54,312 bases of DNA from a virus (Duplodnaviria > Caudoviricetes): the IMG/VR virus record IMGVR_UViG_3300020474_000020, positions 1 to 54,312 of that record; one strand, written 5' to 3'. The translations under genes were made by a program, and so were the position numbers. Under the pieces are notes generated by a model. That model made no database searches. It saw only the letters and a program-made list of their open reading frames with translations, and was not told where the DNA came from. Below, one piece after another: positions 30,001 to 37,828 of this stretch (the first letter of the stretch is position 1; the number at the start of each line of letters is the position of its first letter).

Positions 30001-30941
30001 TTTAGTTTACTTAAAACTTGTGAAAAATTAGGTATTTTTGCATTTAAGTAAAATTCAGTGGAGGTAAAATTTTGAGGCAATGAACGATATGTAGAGTTAT
30101 CGTCTGAATTTGGATTTCTTAAAAAGTCACATTCATTTGTTTCTGGTGTTACAATTCCTAATACTTTTTCAGACTTTATATCATTATCGTAATAATAGTC
30201 ACTTACTATTCCAGCTTCAGATGTTCCTTTAATTACGTCTCCACCTTTATAAACTTCTGTACCGTCACGTAGCTGTGAAAGTAAAACATTAAATTGAATA
30301 AATTCAAAAGTTCCTACGTTTAAAATTTCAGGTGTTGGATAAGCGACTAAAGGGGCTAATGTTGTTGTGGTTGTAGTTGGGTAAGGATATTCTGTTTGTG
30401 TTAATTGAAAATTAGATTTTTCAAAGCCTTGTTCTACTTTAAAGAAATCTGTACTAATGTAGTCACTTAGGTCTCCACGAGCTGGATTAGAAGGGCCAAC
30501 ACTTCTACCGCCAAGAAACGCAAACTCAAATCTATAATATCCATAACCATGTCTTAAATATTCACTAGATCCATCTATAGCTGTAGCAACTAAAGGAGTA
30601 CTAAATTTATACTCATTTTCTGGATTCATAGCAAATGAGGAAAAAGAATGTGGCACAATAGGTGGCAATTCCATTTCTGCTAAATCATATGTAAATCTTT
30701 CAGAGGTGGTTTCGTCTGGAGTCCAAACATATCTAACCAATATCCTGCTGTTGCTTATTTCTCTTAAGGAATCTGGTATGGTATTAACCATTTCAAATTC
30801 TACTTCATCGTCTACAATAACAGCGCGAGACCCCTCAAATTGAGTACTGTGCAAACGGAAAATTTGCTGCACCAACTGGTGAGACAATATTAAATCAATG
30901 TCCGCAATGTCTGGATATTTATCTGTAAAATTATAGGCCAT
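21009..30941 (-). CDS. Giant adhesin-like virion protein (3310 aa) with FG-GAP-like repeats, poly-Thr linkers, cupredoxin-like domain and poly-Gly C-terminus
   Basis: Uninterrupted 9.9-kb ORF; FGLAVSVNRIGNIVAVSNP, FGKSISLSGDGFLLAVS, FGQSFDIANDANIIIAGS, FGLSIAMTENGSLLAVGA; at least seven Thr tracts; HPIAF...CYNHGFM. Confidence 0.75.
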   Translation of the reverse strand: MAYNFTDKYPDIADIDLILSHQLVQQIFRLHSTQFEGSRAVIVDDEVEFEMVNTIPDSLREISNSRILVRYVWTPDETTSERFTYDLAEMELPPIVPHSFSSFAMNPENEYKFSTPLVATAIDGSSEYLRHGYGYYRFEFAFLGGRSVGPSNPARGDLSDYISTDFFKVEQGFEKSNFQLTQTEYPYPTTTTTTLAPLVAYPTPEILNVGTFEFIQFNVLLSQLRDGTEVYKGGDVIKGTSEAGIVSDYYYDNDIKSEKVLGIVTPETNECDFLRNPNSDDNSTYRSLPQNFTSTEFYLNAKIPNFSQVLSKLKEQSSSALKIFVDVEAKDDEDPTFSRIDTYTIDINNVSDEDEKTFILRLDNIVDHSKLIFSEVFFRLILRDEEDILLDSDYSNEFSSNRLCNGDLFGEVTTTSAPTTTSAPTTTTTTTPEPLPITTYSEVGSLDPYLPVGFEPDIGKFGLAVSVNRIGNIVAVSNPYHNGDSNSDEKYGSVYVYMWNGADWYTFGELFGSQSTAFGKSISLSGDGFLLAVSEGNYINLYKYDLSINIWTLFESIEVEEQGANKIVDVLHVEFDIVRGDTLAVSYSLEDSSVFPRQYVSKFSIYRIGQNGSYDKVIENFTDELSTSISDINNIFVSSDSINQIDTNLRNNFRQLGDKFNFKAYDTASDTDGNIVAFILPQNERFGSWPITHGGLLIVKVFQRKNVTYEQLGSNILVDNPRNYLRNNADLNFTGDGGNIPSNDLIKINADGKFIIVKSLHTIDLSQVGKFGSISVYEYDPRIEDWVASTNTIQLDDSEDYVGLNFGQSFDIANDANIIIAGSNNTVDGQQGVCKVYKKDGFTIPTVFNVPGIFPEHMPTTTTTRPPLIPNTTTTTTTTTTTTTTTVAPVIGTEFLITRNVTNVIGGGNFSGGIIPYPGQNFSQFPEYLGSQQHYYFQKDIRFFLRSGGIRYVGFAAHTPYFYQWVDDENTDLLYGKTSDGFLKYRLSLSDIGQRDTSIKGNAGYRGTKTRYFDFYSREVDAFFFHLENDVTFVGFAYPEALKPDGSPNTVMSTPFGPYGGRYGDGQAGFYGGGSNSQFWQTRVETLDFNGRSVDIFVGHEVELNLDPDSVGVFVFLWRTPTGDEAGLSQGHIADGFWIFNHTATEAQRNALRNTIPENFPTQATTTTTSTTTTTTTTTTTTTLAPELTGTIYNATNGIEPFDRFRADSLITRDYRGINRTTRESNIIGTDGNGRHYEFDNIAISNNGEYIAFTHGHDNQGSFSNSQSAFTTNVSVLKRGKYFNFDTKTYESIPRDNNGNLIFKTSELQYGYYQDVLFEGADKDFPNLQIENAYPHVRLTFNDNNNGARLYSLANDNVVRLPDGSEFFVPLFKNRGQRGENQAYVFQRNGSLQLSDHYQGGMSSKSILVRHGLAPRDESSNKTEPNDLIKLDIFDSTHDSDRYSVYGPYGNLFPVYSPQHPLYRLATGKPSVNGHDHGYIPYLPSTSVYPSAFGVTHRRYLGEVSAISGNGKVIAISIDNYKNFTETYTESDIRGKAVHIYEWGIDARKPNANPETGRDTGTIIPQPRWLLITHQIQLTHPDMDSGEISPYLDEASTVSRPYTVRVIASKLSHDGKRLVIAYSATTEVDGEERTAQTIKVYDRVVTYADPSSVPNFDNYKSREDVANDEVPIEMFSQAFNVHYIQNVRAPFGLGNGLDIRDKGNIIDVEISKDGSIIAMCFGANSESFRVTDKGSVRVIKLEETYSLPTVLPTSSSPEESSAIRSLPRQNKWVIAFEQLGVNIFPRLRNQSGQLISDGSEERFGLSIAMTENGSLLAVGASAVLNKKIFPTNNTVVRVPNELFVYDLSSFTNTTPPTLEPEETQPDATTTTTTTTTTTTTTTTTTTTAIPLVGNNPKCLPAVSYWNSEYLNAQPSEDFNTPGHVGVVSTNHQKKIFVINPDSPVPSTNRNNYVEGLFYAEPHGIQAHDRIIPGYDFYVYPNNAYTIHTSSRLTNYYFKDNPFIHITASTIQEFEFPGAGLQKYFSGIITIFLREGYDTWEGESFLTLSTKRVVGTNPNYIDGKDVALLGVAEANAQGFNCASLNQKNEVCLDYDIDVGVETVGSQRYYTFNGLSSVNHKFKLRNGVYRFKNVSTQHPIAFYPADGTLAITQGAETTFADGPQFQYQLNNIQHSNINIKKNIQGVDSAYGATVGTSTIVLTVKDNFGTASYECYNHGFMGGAANLVYDSSCPAFVEPEPSRVPSLTTTTTTTTSSPIVYQEDPIFNDPSLPEGYDNWEDWFRDQATTTTTTTDDPAIDPTATTTTLAPVYIPLPTVPEGETCLPYGIVLDTKNTRRYSENPDLPYFRRNIANMKFIHNVGSLIVSDELEITGHRDNIPDYWTDSFLGSPNGVNGNTYLAAWGDGMGAKGVFEVYLLDVPRSQPITDYDFRDNANIELAPLDPAKTARFMKPYFVNDKEYLIDRANGKINNISEDEVAIRPNEDSQCDWYWGNVILRITKGGRPENRINAYLKNSGRNTFITRDFISILTGNAEAFRIYLARSKCINHSTPTYLSDHLSKLRNEIEQEKKLEVSDKYFLAKTHTVKRIFLDSEINENSSNQQTLQSYYETSANKKLVVRNDVDPLFYPQYEKTGRSLDVRDVRVYDAFSVSSGYTVHNRPNINGIANIAHQVDNPAVVYRDYPEDFDTTNKTLDFGMEEFEQRFVATLFDSQNRLIKTREIFCLPTDDGFSYTQNRNVYESGLLNTISSLSTSPSNFSFSSQDDTRISFADDNSDFLGPINVYRSSIFNDNENADEIPVGVNVEDTSTDGDFYAYSYHLYGRFPTIVVRSYENNRICAKIESTSILAGSKLSLRQLNPNDWSSMPLLLAVASLEGVKVYLIDGGKTGILNPKLLSEGVDFENPYFNFIKQKGYLPDDRDANYSKPETFIKPDGNNPSTVETKKENDRIIRLPDERDVVDDITIRWENIAKVTTYNVIKYNVSQINTRDILIPRLGKGVEDSIINRAQRDVIQNSNPFAVNTGRVKNLRSLAKETNVENIFDIHNISDTAFYTENSVLSIKISNAVAGESFDIDWWHKGLKIRSRRRAAASSDGVLIDTFAGGGQWVNHVNEYGIVFMAVNSIPVLSGEVKVVITRSGRSSQTTYVMSTRLPLNRSREDLLNPIDREDLEQNKYSNQFIDSTENSVFQGPVSLIANTSVSANKLYNGYKINTYTSNDFIESYKGKNNGWDNVVLRYTENGVGPMPANLLPEYDDTVSQSIQVQTDFVSLAPISTSALTISPITGGGDVTPDDTYDGGDDGGGGGGGGGGGGGY

Positions 30942-30942
30942 A

Positions 30943-32820
30943 TTAATTATCTATATTAAGATTTCCCATTTTAAATACTTCGATCTCTTCTTCTGGAACT
31001 TCTTCTACGTCGTCCACCACAGGAGGCTCAGTAGTGGTGCTAGGCGTTGGCGCTGTTACAGTGTCTACACTATTATACCCCGTAGCGCCACATAATTCTG
31101 AATAAACAAAACTTTCAGCAAAACGACGATCAAGCACATTACTGCCATCAAGTCTCATTGATTCATTCCAATCACCATTAAATAATCGAGCCTCTAAAAC
31201 TAGATTCTGCTCTTCCTGCGGCCTATCTCTAACTGGACCAAGCGTGTTGGGGAAAAAGCTTGCTTCGTACTTAGCAAGTTCATCATCTATTCTATAATAA
31301 GCAATTAGGGCTATATTGCCGGGAGAAACAAGCTCATTAAACGGACTACCTACCTGTCTAATTCTAACACTATCAATCGTAGGTCTAGTTACCTGAGCAG
31401 AAACTCCTCTACCAGAAAAATTAGCATTAGGATTGACTGTTTTAGTAGTGCCTGTAGATGCATTATACTGTTGCTCGTGTACAATTAGCTGTGGAAAAAT
31501 ACTGTATCTTCTAGAACTTCTTTCTCTGTCGTAAAGAGCTTTAGGTATCTCGTAAAGAACAGCGACGATGTGGAATTTTTCCCTATAAAAATTTATTTTG
31601 AATCCTACCCCATTCTTTTCAATGTCAAAACGAGTATCATCGGCATACAGGTACGACTCTCTATAGCGATTGTCTAAAGAAAGATTTTCTAACCCATATA
31701 AAAGCCCATAATACTCAATGATTCTATGTACGTCTGACCTTCTGTTGTAGTAATTTCTTGAGCTAGGATACTCCAAGGGTATTCCAGCAATATACTTTCC
31801 CCAATTTCGTTCTTCGTAATAATCATCAACGTAGACGACTCTAGAAAGTAAACCGTTTAAAGCACGACTATTTGCAATATTTCTATATTGACCATAAACC
31901 AGATTATGATACGAGCGTAATCTAAAGACATTGGTAGAAGAGTTTTCATTAAACATCCTTTGAAATAACTGTGATCGAGACCTTCCCGTTGCATTTACAT
32001 TAATCAACGATGCATCTGAAGGGGAAAGAATTTCTTTTACAAAACCTGAAATATCATTACGGTAACTTCCAAGTGAGATTAGATCTTCAGGACCGCTATA
32101 TCCTGTGCTTGGATCAATATAATATAAAAAATTACTGTTTGTGTTAAACATCATCCCGTTAAACAAACCCGGATAGTCCATTTTTTTATTTTCAAAAGCT
32201 GCTTGACTGCGGCTTGAGGCAAAATCGGTTATGAAAAGTGACGAACTAATATTATGCATAATGCCGTCTGGACTAACATAACTATTGCTACCAGTAGTTC
32301 TACCTTCGCGTATAAATGTAGTTCCGTCTGGATATGTAAAAATAGAATCATAATTTCTAACACTAGTCCATACATTATTGCTAGAAAGTTTATAATTAGG
32401 GCTTTCGTAGTACTCTGTATTTCTATTGGTGTCGCGCCTCATTGCATATCTCTGAACATCTGGTAATCCTTCCATAATACCAAGTATTCTAGCTGTTGAA
32501 AGATCCTCGGGACCATCTTCAGTTGGTAAAGGTGCAGGCGCAGTTGGTGCAGATGCTGGAGCAGGAGTTGTTGTCGTTGGGCGAGTAGAAATTGGACAAC
32601 ACCCTATGTTAAAAACATAGTCTGCTCTTAACATATCAAATCTACCCAAAGGATCTTCTACCACAACAGTAATAGCATACGTACCAATGTCTTCTATAGG
32701 CTTTATCATAAATAAAGTAGTGCCTTGAACTTCAAAGTAAGAAGCATATTCCCCCTCAAGCGTTAAATTAAAAACGCCTTGCAAGTTATTAGATACTTTT
32801 ATTTTTGCTACTTCTAACAT
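30943..32820 (-). CDS. Structural/adhesin-like protein (625 aa) with N-terminal cadherin-like domain and Pro/Thr linker
   Basis: LTLEGEYASYFEVQGTTLF...YAITVVVEDP resembles a bacterial cadherin-like repeat; followed by GCCP and PTTTTPAPASAPTAPAP. Confidence 0.55.
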   Translation of the reverse strand: MLEVAKIKVSNNLQGVFNLTLEGEYASYFEVQGTTLFMIKPIEDIGTYAITVVVEDPLGRFDMLRADYVFNIGCCPISTRPTTTTPAPASAPTAPAPLPTEDGPEDLSTARILGIMEGLPDVQRYAMRRDTNRNTEYYESPNYKLSSNNVWTSVRNYDSIFTYPDGTTFIREGRTTGSNSYVSPDGIMHNISSSLFITDFASSRSQAAFENKKMDYPGLFNGMMFNTNSNFLYYIDPSTGYSGPEDLISLGSYRNDISGFVKEILSPSDASLINVNATGRSRSQLFQRMFNENSSTNVFRLRSYHNLVYGQYRNIANSRALNGLLSRVVYVDDYYEERNWGKYIAGIPLEYPSSRNYYNRRSDVHRIIEYYGLLYGLENLSLDNRYRESYLYADDTRFDIEKNGVGFKINFYREKFHIVAVLYEIPKALYDRERSSRRYSIFPQLIVHEQQYNASTGTTKTVNPNANFSGRGVSAQVTRPTIDSVRIRQVGSPFNELVSPGNIALIAYYRIDDELAKYEASFFPNTLGPVRDRPQEEQNLVLEARLFNGDWNESMRLDGSNVLDRRFAESFVYSELCGATGYNSVDTVTAPTPSTTTEPPVVDDVEEVPEEEIEVFKMGNLNIDN

Positions 32821-32828
32821 TTTATATC

Positions 32829-34595
32829 CTAATTATTAGGTGTGGGAAAAGCTGGATCTGGAGTATTGTATCTTAACGTCGTGGTTCTTCCAACGCAGTT
32901 AGCTATAGTTGATGCGCCATCAGCAGTATATTCCTGACAAACATCCCATTTTCTATAACTATAATTACCACTGCTGAAACTAAACTCACCAGTATCGTCA
33001 TCGAGTAATTCATACCCAACCCAAAAACTATTATAGTCAACATGAGATGAAAAGTCCCAATATCTTCCACCGCTACAAATTACAAACACTGCTGCTCCTT
33101 TACTTCTTCCTCCATACTCGTCAGTATCGTAATTATCATCATTAGCATTCTCTGTCATTAAAACGCAGGTTGGACCAAAAGCTGCTACCTCATTTTGAAG
33201 AGCAGAAGATTTATACGTAAAGATGGCATCGCTTGTTGAACCAAATGGCCTGTTAATACTACTAGCAAAACCTAGACTAGTACTGTAACTAGCTGCATTT
33301 CCTCCAAATGTTCCATATGTTTCTGTATCAGACTGAGACATTGTAGGTATAGTACAAGTCTGTCCGTAACAAACTCCGTCGCTACTATTCTGACCACCAG
33401 CTAAACTTATCACCCCAGAACCAGCGCTATCCAAGACTTCGATCCACCACGCAGTACCAGCATTATCAGCTGTAACACAGAATTTAAGACACTCTGGACA
33501 CTTGTTAATTGTTGCTTCGTAGTAGCCGCTGGGATAACCAGTTCCGGGGAAAGATGGAGATCCAGTGCTAATTTCCCCAGTATCAAAGAGCGACACTTCA
33601 GGACTTTCGCACACATCAAATACTTCTAATTGATCGGGAATAGTATATGTTCCAAACCTTACAGTAACGGGTGGTCCAGAGCTTTGAATATCTGGACACA
33701 GAGTTGTTGTGGTAGTAGTGGTAGTTGTGGTAGTTGTGGTGGTTGTGGTGGTTGTGGTAGTGGTAGTTGTTGTGGTAGTTGTACTTGTTGTCGTTGTGGT
33801 AATAACTGGTGGCTCAGTTGTTGTTGTTGGGGTAGCAGTAGTGGTGGTTGTTGTTGTGGTAGTAAACGCATCTTCACAAGGTATAAATGTATCGCCAACG
33901 GGTAAACATCTCATATAAGATTCTACATACTCAGCGCATATGTTATCACAGATAGGCTCAACAGAAAAAACAGTGGGAAGGAAATCGCACGCAGGAACAG
34001 AGGTTCTATCACATATGCTCTTTACTTCTAATCTTAAAAATTTATTATTAAGTTTGACTTTTTTATGTATATTACTAGGAGAGAACTGTATAACGCCATT
34101 ATCTAAAATTGTTTTGTCTGTGTAATCATTTATATACTTAGTGGCTACTACTTTACCTTCTTCTGTTTTAATTATAATTTTAATAGCGCCATCTACAGTA
34201 ATTTTATTTGTAAGATATTTATCTGCAAATTTAACAGTAAGAGCGCTAAGAAAAACATCGCTGCCGCTAGTCAACACACTTGATTTAGTATTAAATTCTT
34301 GTTCGCTAGCAACCAGTACGTCCTCAGTATGCTGTAGGTCAAGAGTGTGGGTACTATTAACTATAAGAGAGCTTTCAGAACCTTTTGGGAAAAACATAGA
34401 TCCGCAAAGACATTTTAGAACTTCAACTTCTTGCTCAGTCACAGTTGTAGAAACTGGACAAGTAACTCCACTTTCTGGAATAAAGATAAATGGTGTTTGC
34501 GTAGTAGAAGTAGTTGTAGAAGTTGTTACATTTGGAACATACTCTACAAATGGGCTGCTAGGCTTATCGCATCTGGTTCTTCTTCCTCTTGCCAT
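32829..34595 (-). CDS. Cys-rich structural protein (588 aa) with long mucin-like poly-Thr tract
   Basis: About 50-residue Thr-dominated linker flanked by Cys-containing domains. Confidence 0.7.
   Translation of the reverse strand: MARGRRTRCDKPSSPFVEYVPNVTTSTTTSTTQTPFIFIPESGVTCPVSTTVTEQEVEVLKCLCGSMFFPKGSESSLIVNSTHTLDLQHTEDVLVASEQEFNTKSSVLTSGSDVFLSALTVKFADKYLTNKITVDGAIKIIIKTEEGKVVATKYINDYTDKTILDNGVIQFSPSNIHKKVKLNNKFLRLEVKSICDRTSVPACDFLPTVFSVEPICDNICAEYVESYMRCLPVGDTFIPCEDAFTTTTTTTTTATPTTTTEPPVITTTTTSTTTTTTTTTTTTTTTTTTTTTTTTTTTLCPDIQSSGPPVTVRFGTYTIPDQLEVFDVCESPEVSLFDTGEISTGSPSFPGTGYPSGYYEATINKCPECLKFCVTADNAGTAWWIEVLDSAGSGVISLAGGQNSSDGVCYGQTCTIPTMSQSDTETYGTFGGNAASYSTSLGFASSINRPFGSTSDAIFTYKSSALQNEVAAFGPTCVLMTENANDDNYDTDEYGGRSKGAAVFVICSGGRYWDFSSHVDYNSFWVGYELLDDDTGEFSFSSGNYSYRKWDVCQEYTADGASTIANCVGRTTTLRYNTPDPAFPTPNN
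33702..33864 (-). repeat. Imperfect ACN trinucleotide repeat encoding poly-Thr
   Basis: gtt/gtg/gta/gtc units interspersed on the + strand, i.e. mixed Thr codons on the minus strand. Confidence 0.9.
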
Positions 34596-34613
34596 CCTAT
34601 GAACCCCACATTA

Positions 34614-37600
34614 TTATTTACAGCATGTATTACAAGCTAAATCTTCGTTATTAATCCATAATGGTCTAAACTCGTTGTTAATATTAATTGCCACTACATA
34701 ATCACCGCTTGTAAGACTAGAGTGTTTATCTCTATTGGTAATAAATACCCCTTCTGATGTTGATCCATTTTGATCATATACTGTCATGAAACCACTAGTT
34801 GGACTAGTAAACAAAGGAGCTGTCCCAACATTATCTATCATGAAACCTTCTCTAAATTTTGGAAGCGTAGAAAATACAACCCCACTAACAAAAGCGCCAC
34901 TTTCAGAAAGGCTACTGATATCATCTGTGCTATCTAAAGAATCACCATTACTAAATCTGATTGATCCCAATAGCTTAATATCGCCAGAAACTCCAACGTA
35001 AGGTCTCGCCATGTCGGGTTCAGCATAGTTTGGATTAGAAACCCCAAAGCCTTTAAACCCACTCATAGGGGGTGCGGCATGATTAAACTCAACTAATCTT
35101 GCTCCACTAACAGAATGAGAAAAATCTAAACTAAGGGAATCTGGAGGTAACTGAGTTGCAGAACTGTGATTGGTTACTTTAATTAAGTTATTAGATAGAT
35201 ATAAGCTTTTGTTGTTATCTTCTTGTACAGATAATTTTCCATTTGGTAAGAATAAAACTCTGTCTGCATTTAGTGGTCCAGTACAACCACTCATCAATAC
35301 ATTGCTACTATTAGCTCCAAGTTTAAATTTATAACTTTCTCCGTTAACAGCGTTTAAAGAATTACCTATCAATAGATTATAATTACCACTAGAAGATGCT
35401 CCAGTAGCATAGCCGATTCCAATATTGTAACTACTTGCAACTACTCCGCTAAGAGCAAGAGAACCAAGGGCGGTGTTATAATCGCCAGAAGTATTTAATG
35501 CTAAAGCTCCATTACCATAGCCTACATTGTGAACAGCACTATTTAAATGTTGTCTATCTAAAGTAGATGACAAACCAGCAAAAGTATTGAAATTGCTATC
35601 TTGATAAACTAAGCCGTCGCTATGAAGAAACATGTTTCTAGTCATGTTTAATTCATTGCCAGCATCATCCATTGTAAAAGTTCTTAAGGTCTGACCAATA
35701 TTTGTAGGAGTTCCGCTAGGCATTTCTTTACAGTATATCTGACCGTGGGTTGATATTGTACTGAAAGTTGGATGCAATCCGCTTACAACATGAATAGCTA
35801 TTACGGCGTTAGGAGAACCATCATCACCGACAGTTAGATGACGATTAAGAGAGCCGCTAGACAATATACCAAAATGACCATCTTTGGTAATGTTTGCAGC
35901 GTTTATCATGCCAGAAGCATCATACATGTTAAACTCTGCAATACCACTAGCTCCACCATTATATTTAATCTCCAAACCACTAGACAAACAGTTAAGGTTT
36001 GTTAATAACTGTAGGGCTGAAGATACTTGACCAGCATTTTCAGCAGTGATTCTAGCAGCTGCATCATGATTTGTTCTAACATTAAAAGATGTTTGAGGTA
36101 TTACAGCGTCTCCACCTTCGCTGAAATTATTTACTCCTAAAATTCCACCATTACTGTGATTCTTCATAAGTATTAGATTATTAACACCATATGAAGAATT
36201 GTCGTGAGATGAAATTACAAATCTATCGACTCTAGGGCCAGAGTATATTGTATTAGAAGCATCTATATATTTATGTGTAAATCCATTTAATTTATCAAGA
36301 CTGTCATCATCTTTTTCTCTTCGTTTAGCCCCAGTTATAAATCTTTGACCAACAGTAACTCCACTTTCTAGTGATCCCACAGTTACAAAATAATTATCGT
36401 TTACTCCAGAAGGCGACAACATGTTAACGCTACCCATTCCAGATAACAGGCCACTGCTAGAACCCGGATTTATGCCAAATATTCCACCGCTGTCGGATGT
36501 AATATATAAAGCTCCACTATTTAAGTACATTCCAAACTCTGACTGACCAGAGGAATATACTACAAGGTCAAGCTCACCACTATTTAAAAGTCTTGGAGTA
36601 TGAACATGACTACCAGAAGTCGTATGCAAGCTAATATTACTTTCCCAGAAAGATCTAGAAAGACCATTATACTCTTCAAAAGAGTGGAAAGGAACTGAAG
36701 ACTCGCCGCTAGGTCTAAACAAAAATGCATAATCAACACCTTGGTCAGTACCCTCACCACTACCGCGAACAACTATACCACCACCTGAAAGTTGTTCTGG
36801 TGTTAAATAAGCCTCTGGTGGATCTCCACTAGAAGCTACGTACAAAACTTTACCTTCGTAATGATTATCTGATATTGTGTTAGTAACATCAGTGAATAGA
36901 TGACTGATATAACCGCTAGCAAAGTATGCGCTAGAAGAACCTAAGTGGTAAACTTTATTGTCGTGTGGTAATAGACTTCCAGAAACTTTTATTGCATCAT
37001 TAGAATCTGACTTAGATATTAGTACGTCACTAGATAGTATAATATTATTAGTATGTACATTTTGCCACTTATAATCTTTATGACCGATATCAAAAGTATT
37101 GCCTACAGTTGGAGAAATGGCTCCACTGGATTGAATAACACCAATAGAGTGACTATATAAAGTTCTAGTTCCAACTCCAAGTACAAGATCTTCATTTAAA
37201 AGATTTCCATATATTAAAGGAGTCAAACCAGATCCAAAAGGATTGTCGCAAACATATTCTTCGTTAGCTGGATGATTAGCAATAAATAATTTATAGTTTT
37301 CATCTTTTGAATAATAGCCAGCTCCATGCCCAATCGCTATATTAAAATCGCCAGTTTTATTTCTCGTCAAAGCATAATTACCAATACCAACATTTGCAAA
37401 GCCATTAGTATTTGCACTAAGGCTATTGACACCAAATGCAGAATTATTATCACCAAAAACATTGCAGCTAAGGGCGAAAGTTCCTACAGCGGTATTACCA
37501 CTTCCTTGATAATTATTTTTAAGAGAAGCATATCCAACAGCTGTATTGTCGTTAGTGACATAACTATCTAAATGCAGTTTGCTTATTGCTTCTTCACCAA

Positions 37601-37811
37601 CTATAGTACTTCTATTAGATGGCGTATAAAAATTTGAAGAAGTTAATTTTGCAATAGTAATATCTTTTGTGCTATCTAGCAACAAATGAACAGAGTCAAT
37701 GAGATCTATTAGATTATGACGAATATCTTCTGGAGAAATTTCTTGATTAGAATTATTATTGATATCCGCATTTATACTATCAACCAATTGGTTTTTAGAA
37801 ACAATAGTCAT
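34614..37811 (-). CDS. Fibre-like virion protein (1065 aa) with 14-residue NTAVG-type beta-roll repeats
   Basis: NTAVGYASLKNNYQGSGNTAVGTFALSCNVFGDNNSAFG... (YadA-head-like repeats) in two blocks; N-terminus shared with 9565..10575; ends ACNTCCK. Confidence 0.7.
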   Translation of the reverse strand: MTIVSKNQLVDSINADINNNSNQEISPEDIRHNLIDLIDSVHLLLDSTKDITIAKLTSSNFYTPSNRSTIVGEEAISKLHLDSYVTNDNTAVGYASLKNNYQGSGNTAVGTFALSCNVFGDNNSAFGVNSLSANTNGFANVGIGNYALTRNKTGDFNIAIGHGAGYYSKDENYKLFIANHPANEEYVCDNPFGSGLTPLIYGNLLNEDLVLGVGTRTLYSHSIGVIQSSGAISPTVGNTFDIGHKDYKWQNVHTNNIILSSDVLISKSDSNDAIKVSGSLLPHDNKVYHLGSSSAYFASGYISHLFTDVTNTISDNHYEGKVLYVASSGDPPEAYLTPEQLSGGGIVVRGSGEGTDQGVDYAFLFRPSGESSVPFHSFEEYNGLSRSFWESNISLHTTSGSHVHTPRLLNSGELDLVVYSSGQSEFGMYLNSGALYITSDSGGIFGINPGSSSGLLSGMGSVNMLSPSGVNDNYFVTVGSLESGVTVGQRFITGAKRREKDDDSLDKLNGFTHKYIDASNTIYSGPRVDRFVISSHDNSSYGVNNLILMKNHSNGGILGVNNFSEGGDAVIPQTSFNVRTNHDAAARITAENAGQVSSALQLLTNLNCLSSGLEIKYNGGASGIAEFNMYDASGMINAANITKDGHFGILSSGSLNRHLTVGDDGSPNAVIAIHVVSGLHPTFSTISTHGQIYCKEMPSGTPTNIGQTLRTFTMDDAGNELNMTRNMFLHSDGLVYQDSNFNTFAGLSSTLDRQHLNSAVHNVGYGNGALALNTSGDYNTALGSLALSGVVASSYNIGIGYATGASSSGNYNLLIGNSLNAVNGESYKFKLGANSSNVLMSGCTGPLNADRVLFLPNGKLSVQEDNNKSLYLSNNLIKVTNHSSATQLPPDSLSLDFSHSVSGARLVEFNHAAPPMSGFKGFGVSNPNYAEPDMARPYVGVSGDIKLLGSIRFSNGDSLDSTDDISSLSESGAFVSGVVFSTLPKFREGFMIDNVGTAPLFTSPTSGFMTVYDQNGSTSEGVFITNRDKHSSLTSGDYVVAININNEFRPLWINNEDLACNTCCK

Positions 37812-37828
37812 TAGGTAGTTCTCTCAGG

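Noticed and set aside
33630-33918. Plus-strand poly-Val and Gly/Ser/Cys ORFs and a minus-strand Gln/Pro/Leu ORF
   Set aside because: Shadow frames of the poly-Thr ACN repeat in 32829..34595; no RBS or independent support
13024-34595. Eukaryotic or giant-virus origin of the mucin-like genes
   Set aside because: Genes are intronless, spaced by 1-20 nt and collinear with Caudoviricetes terminase, portal, capsid and tail genes at similar base composition
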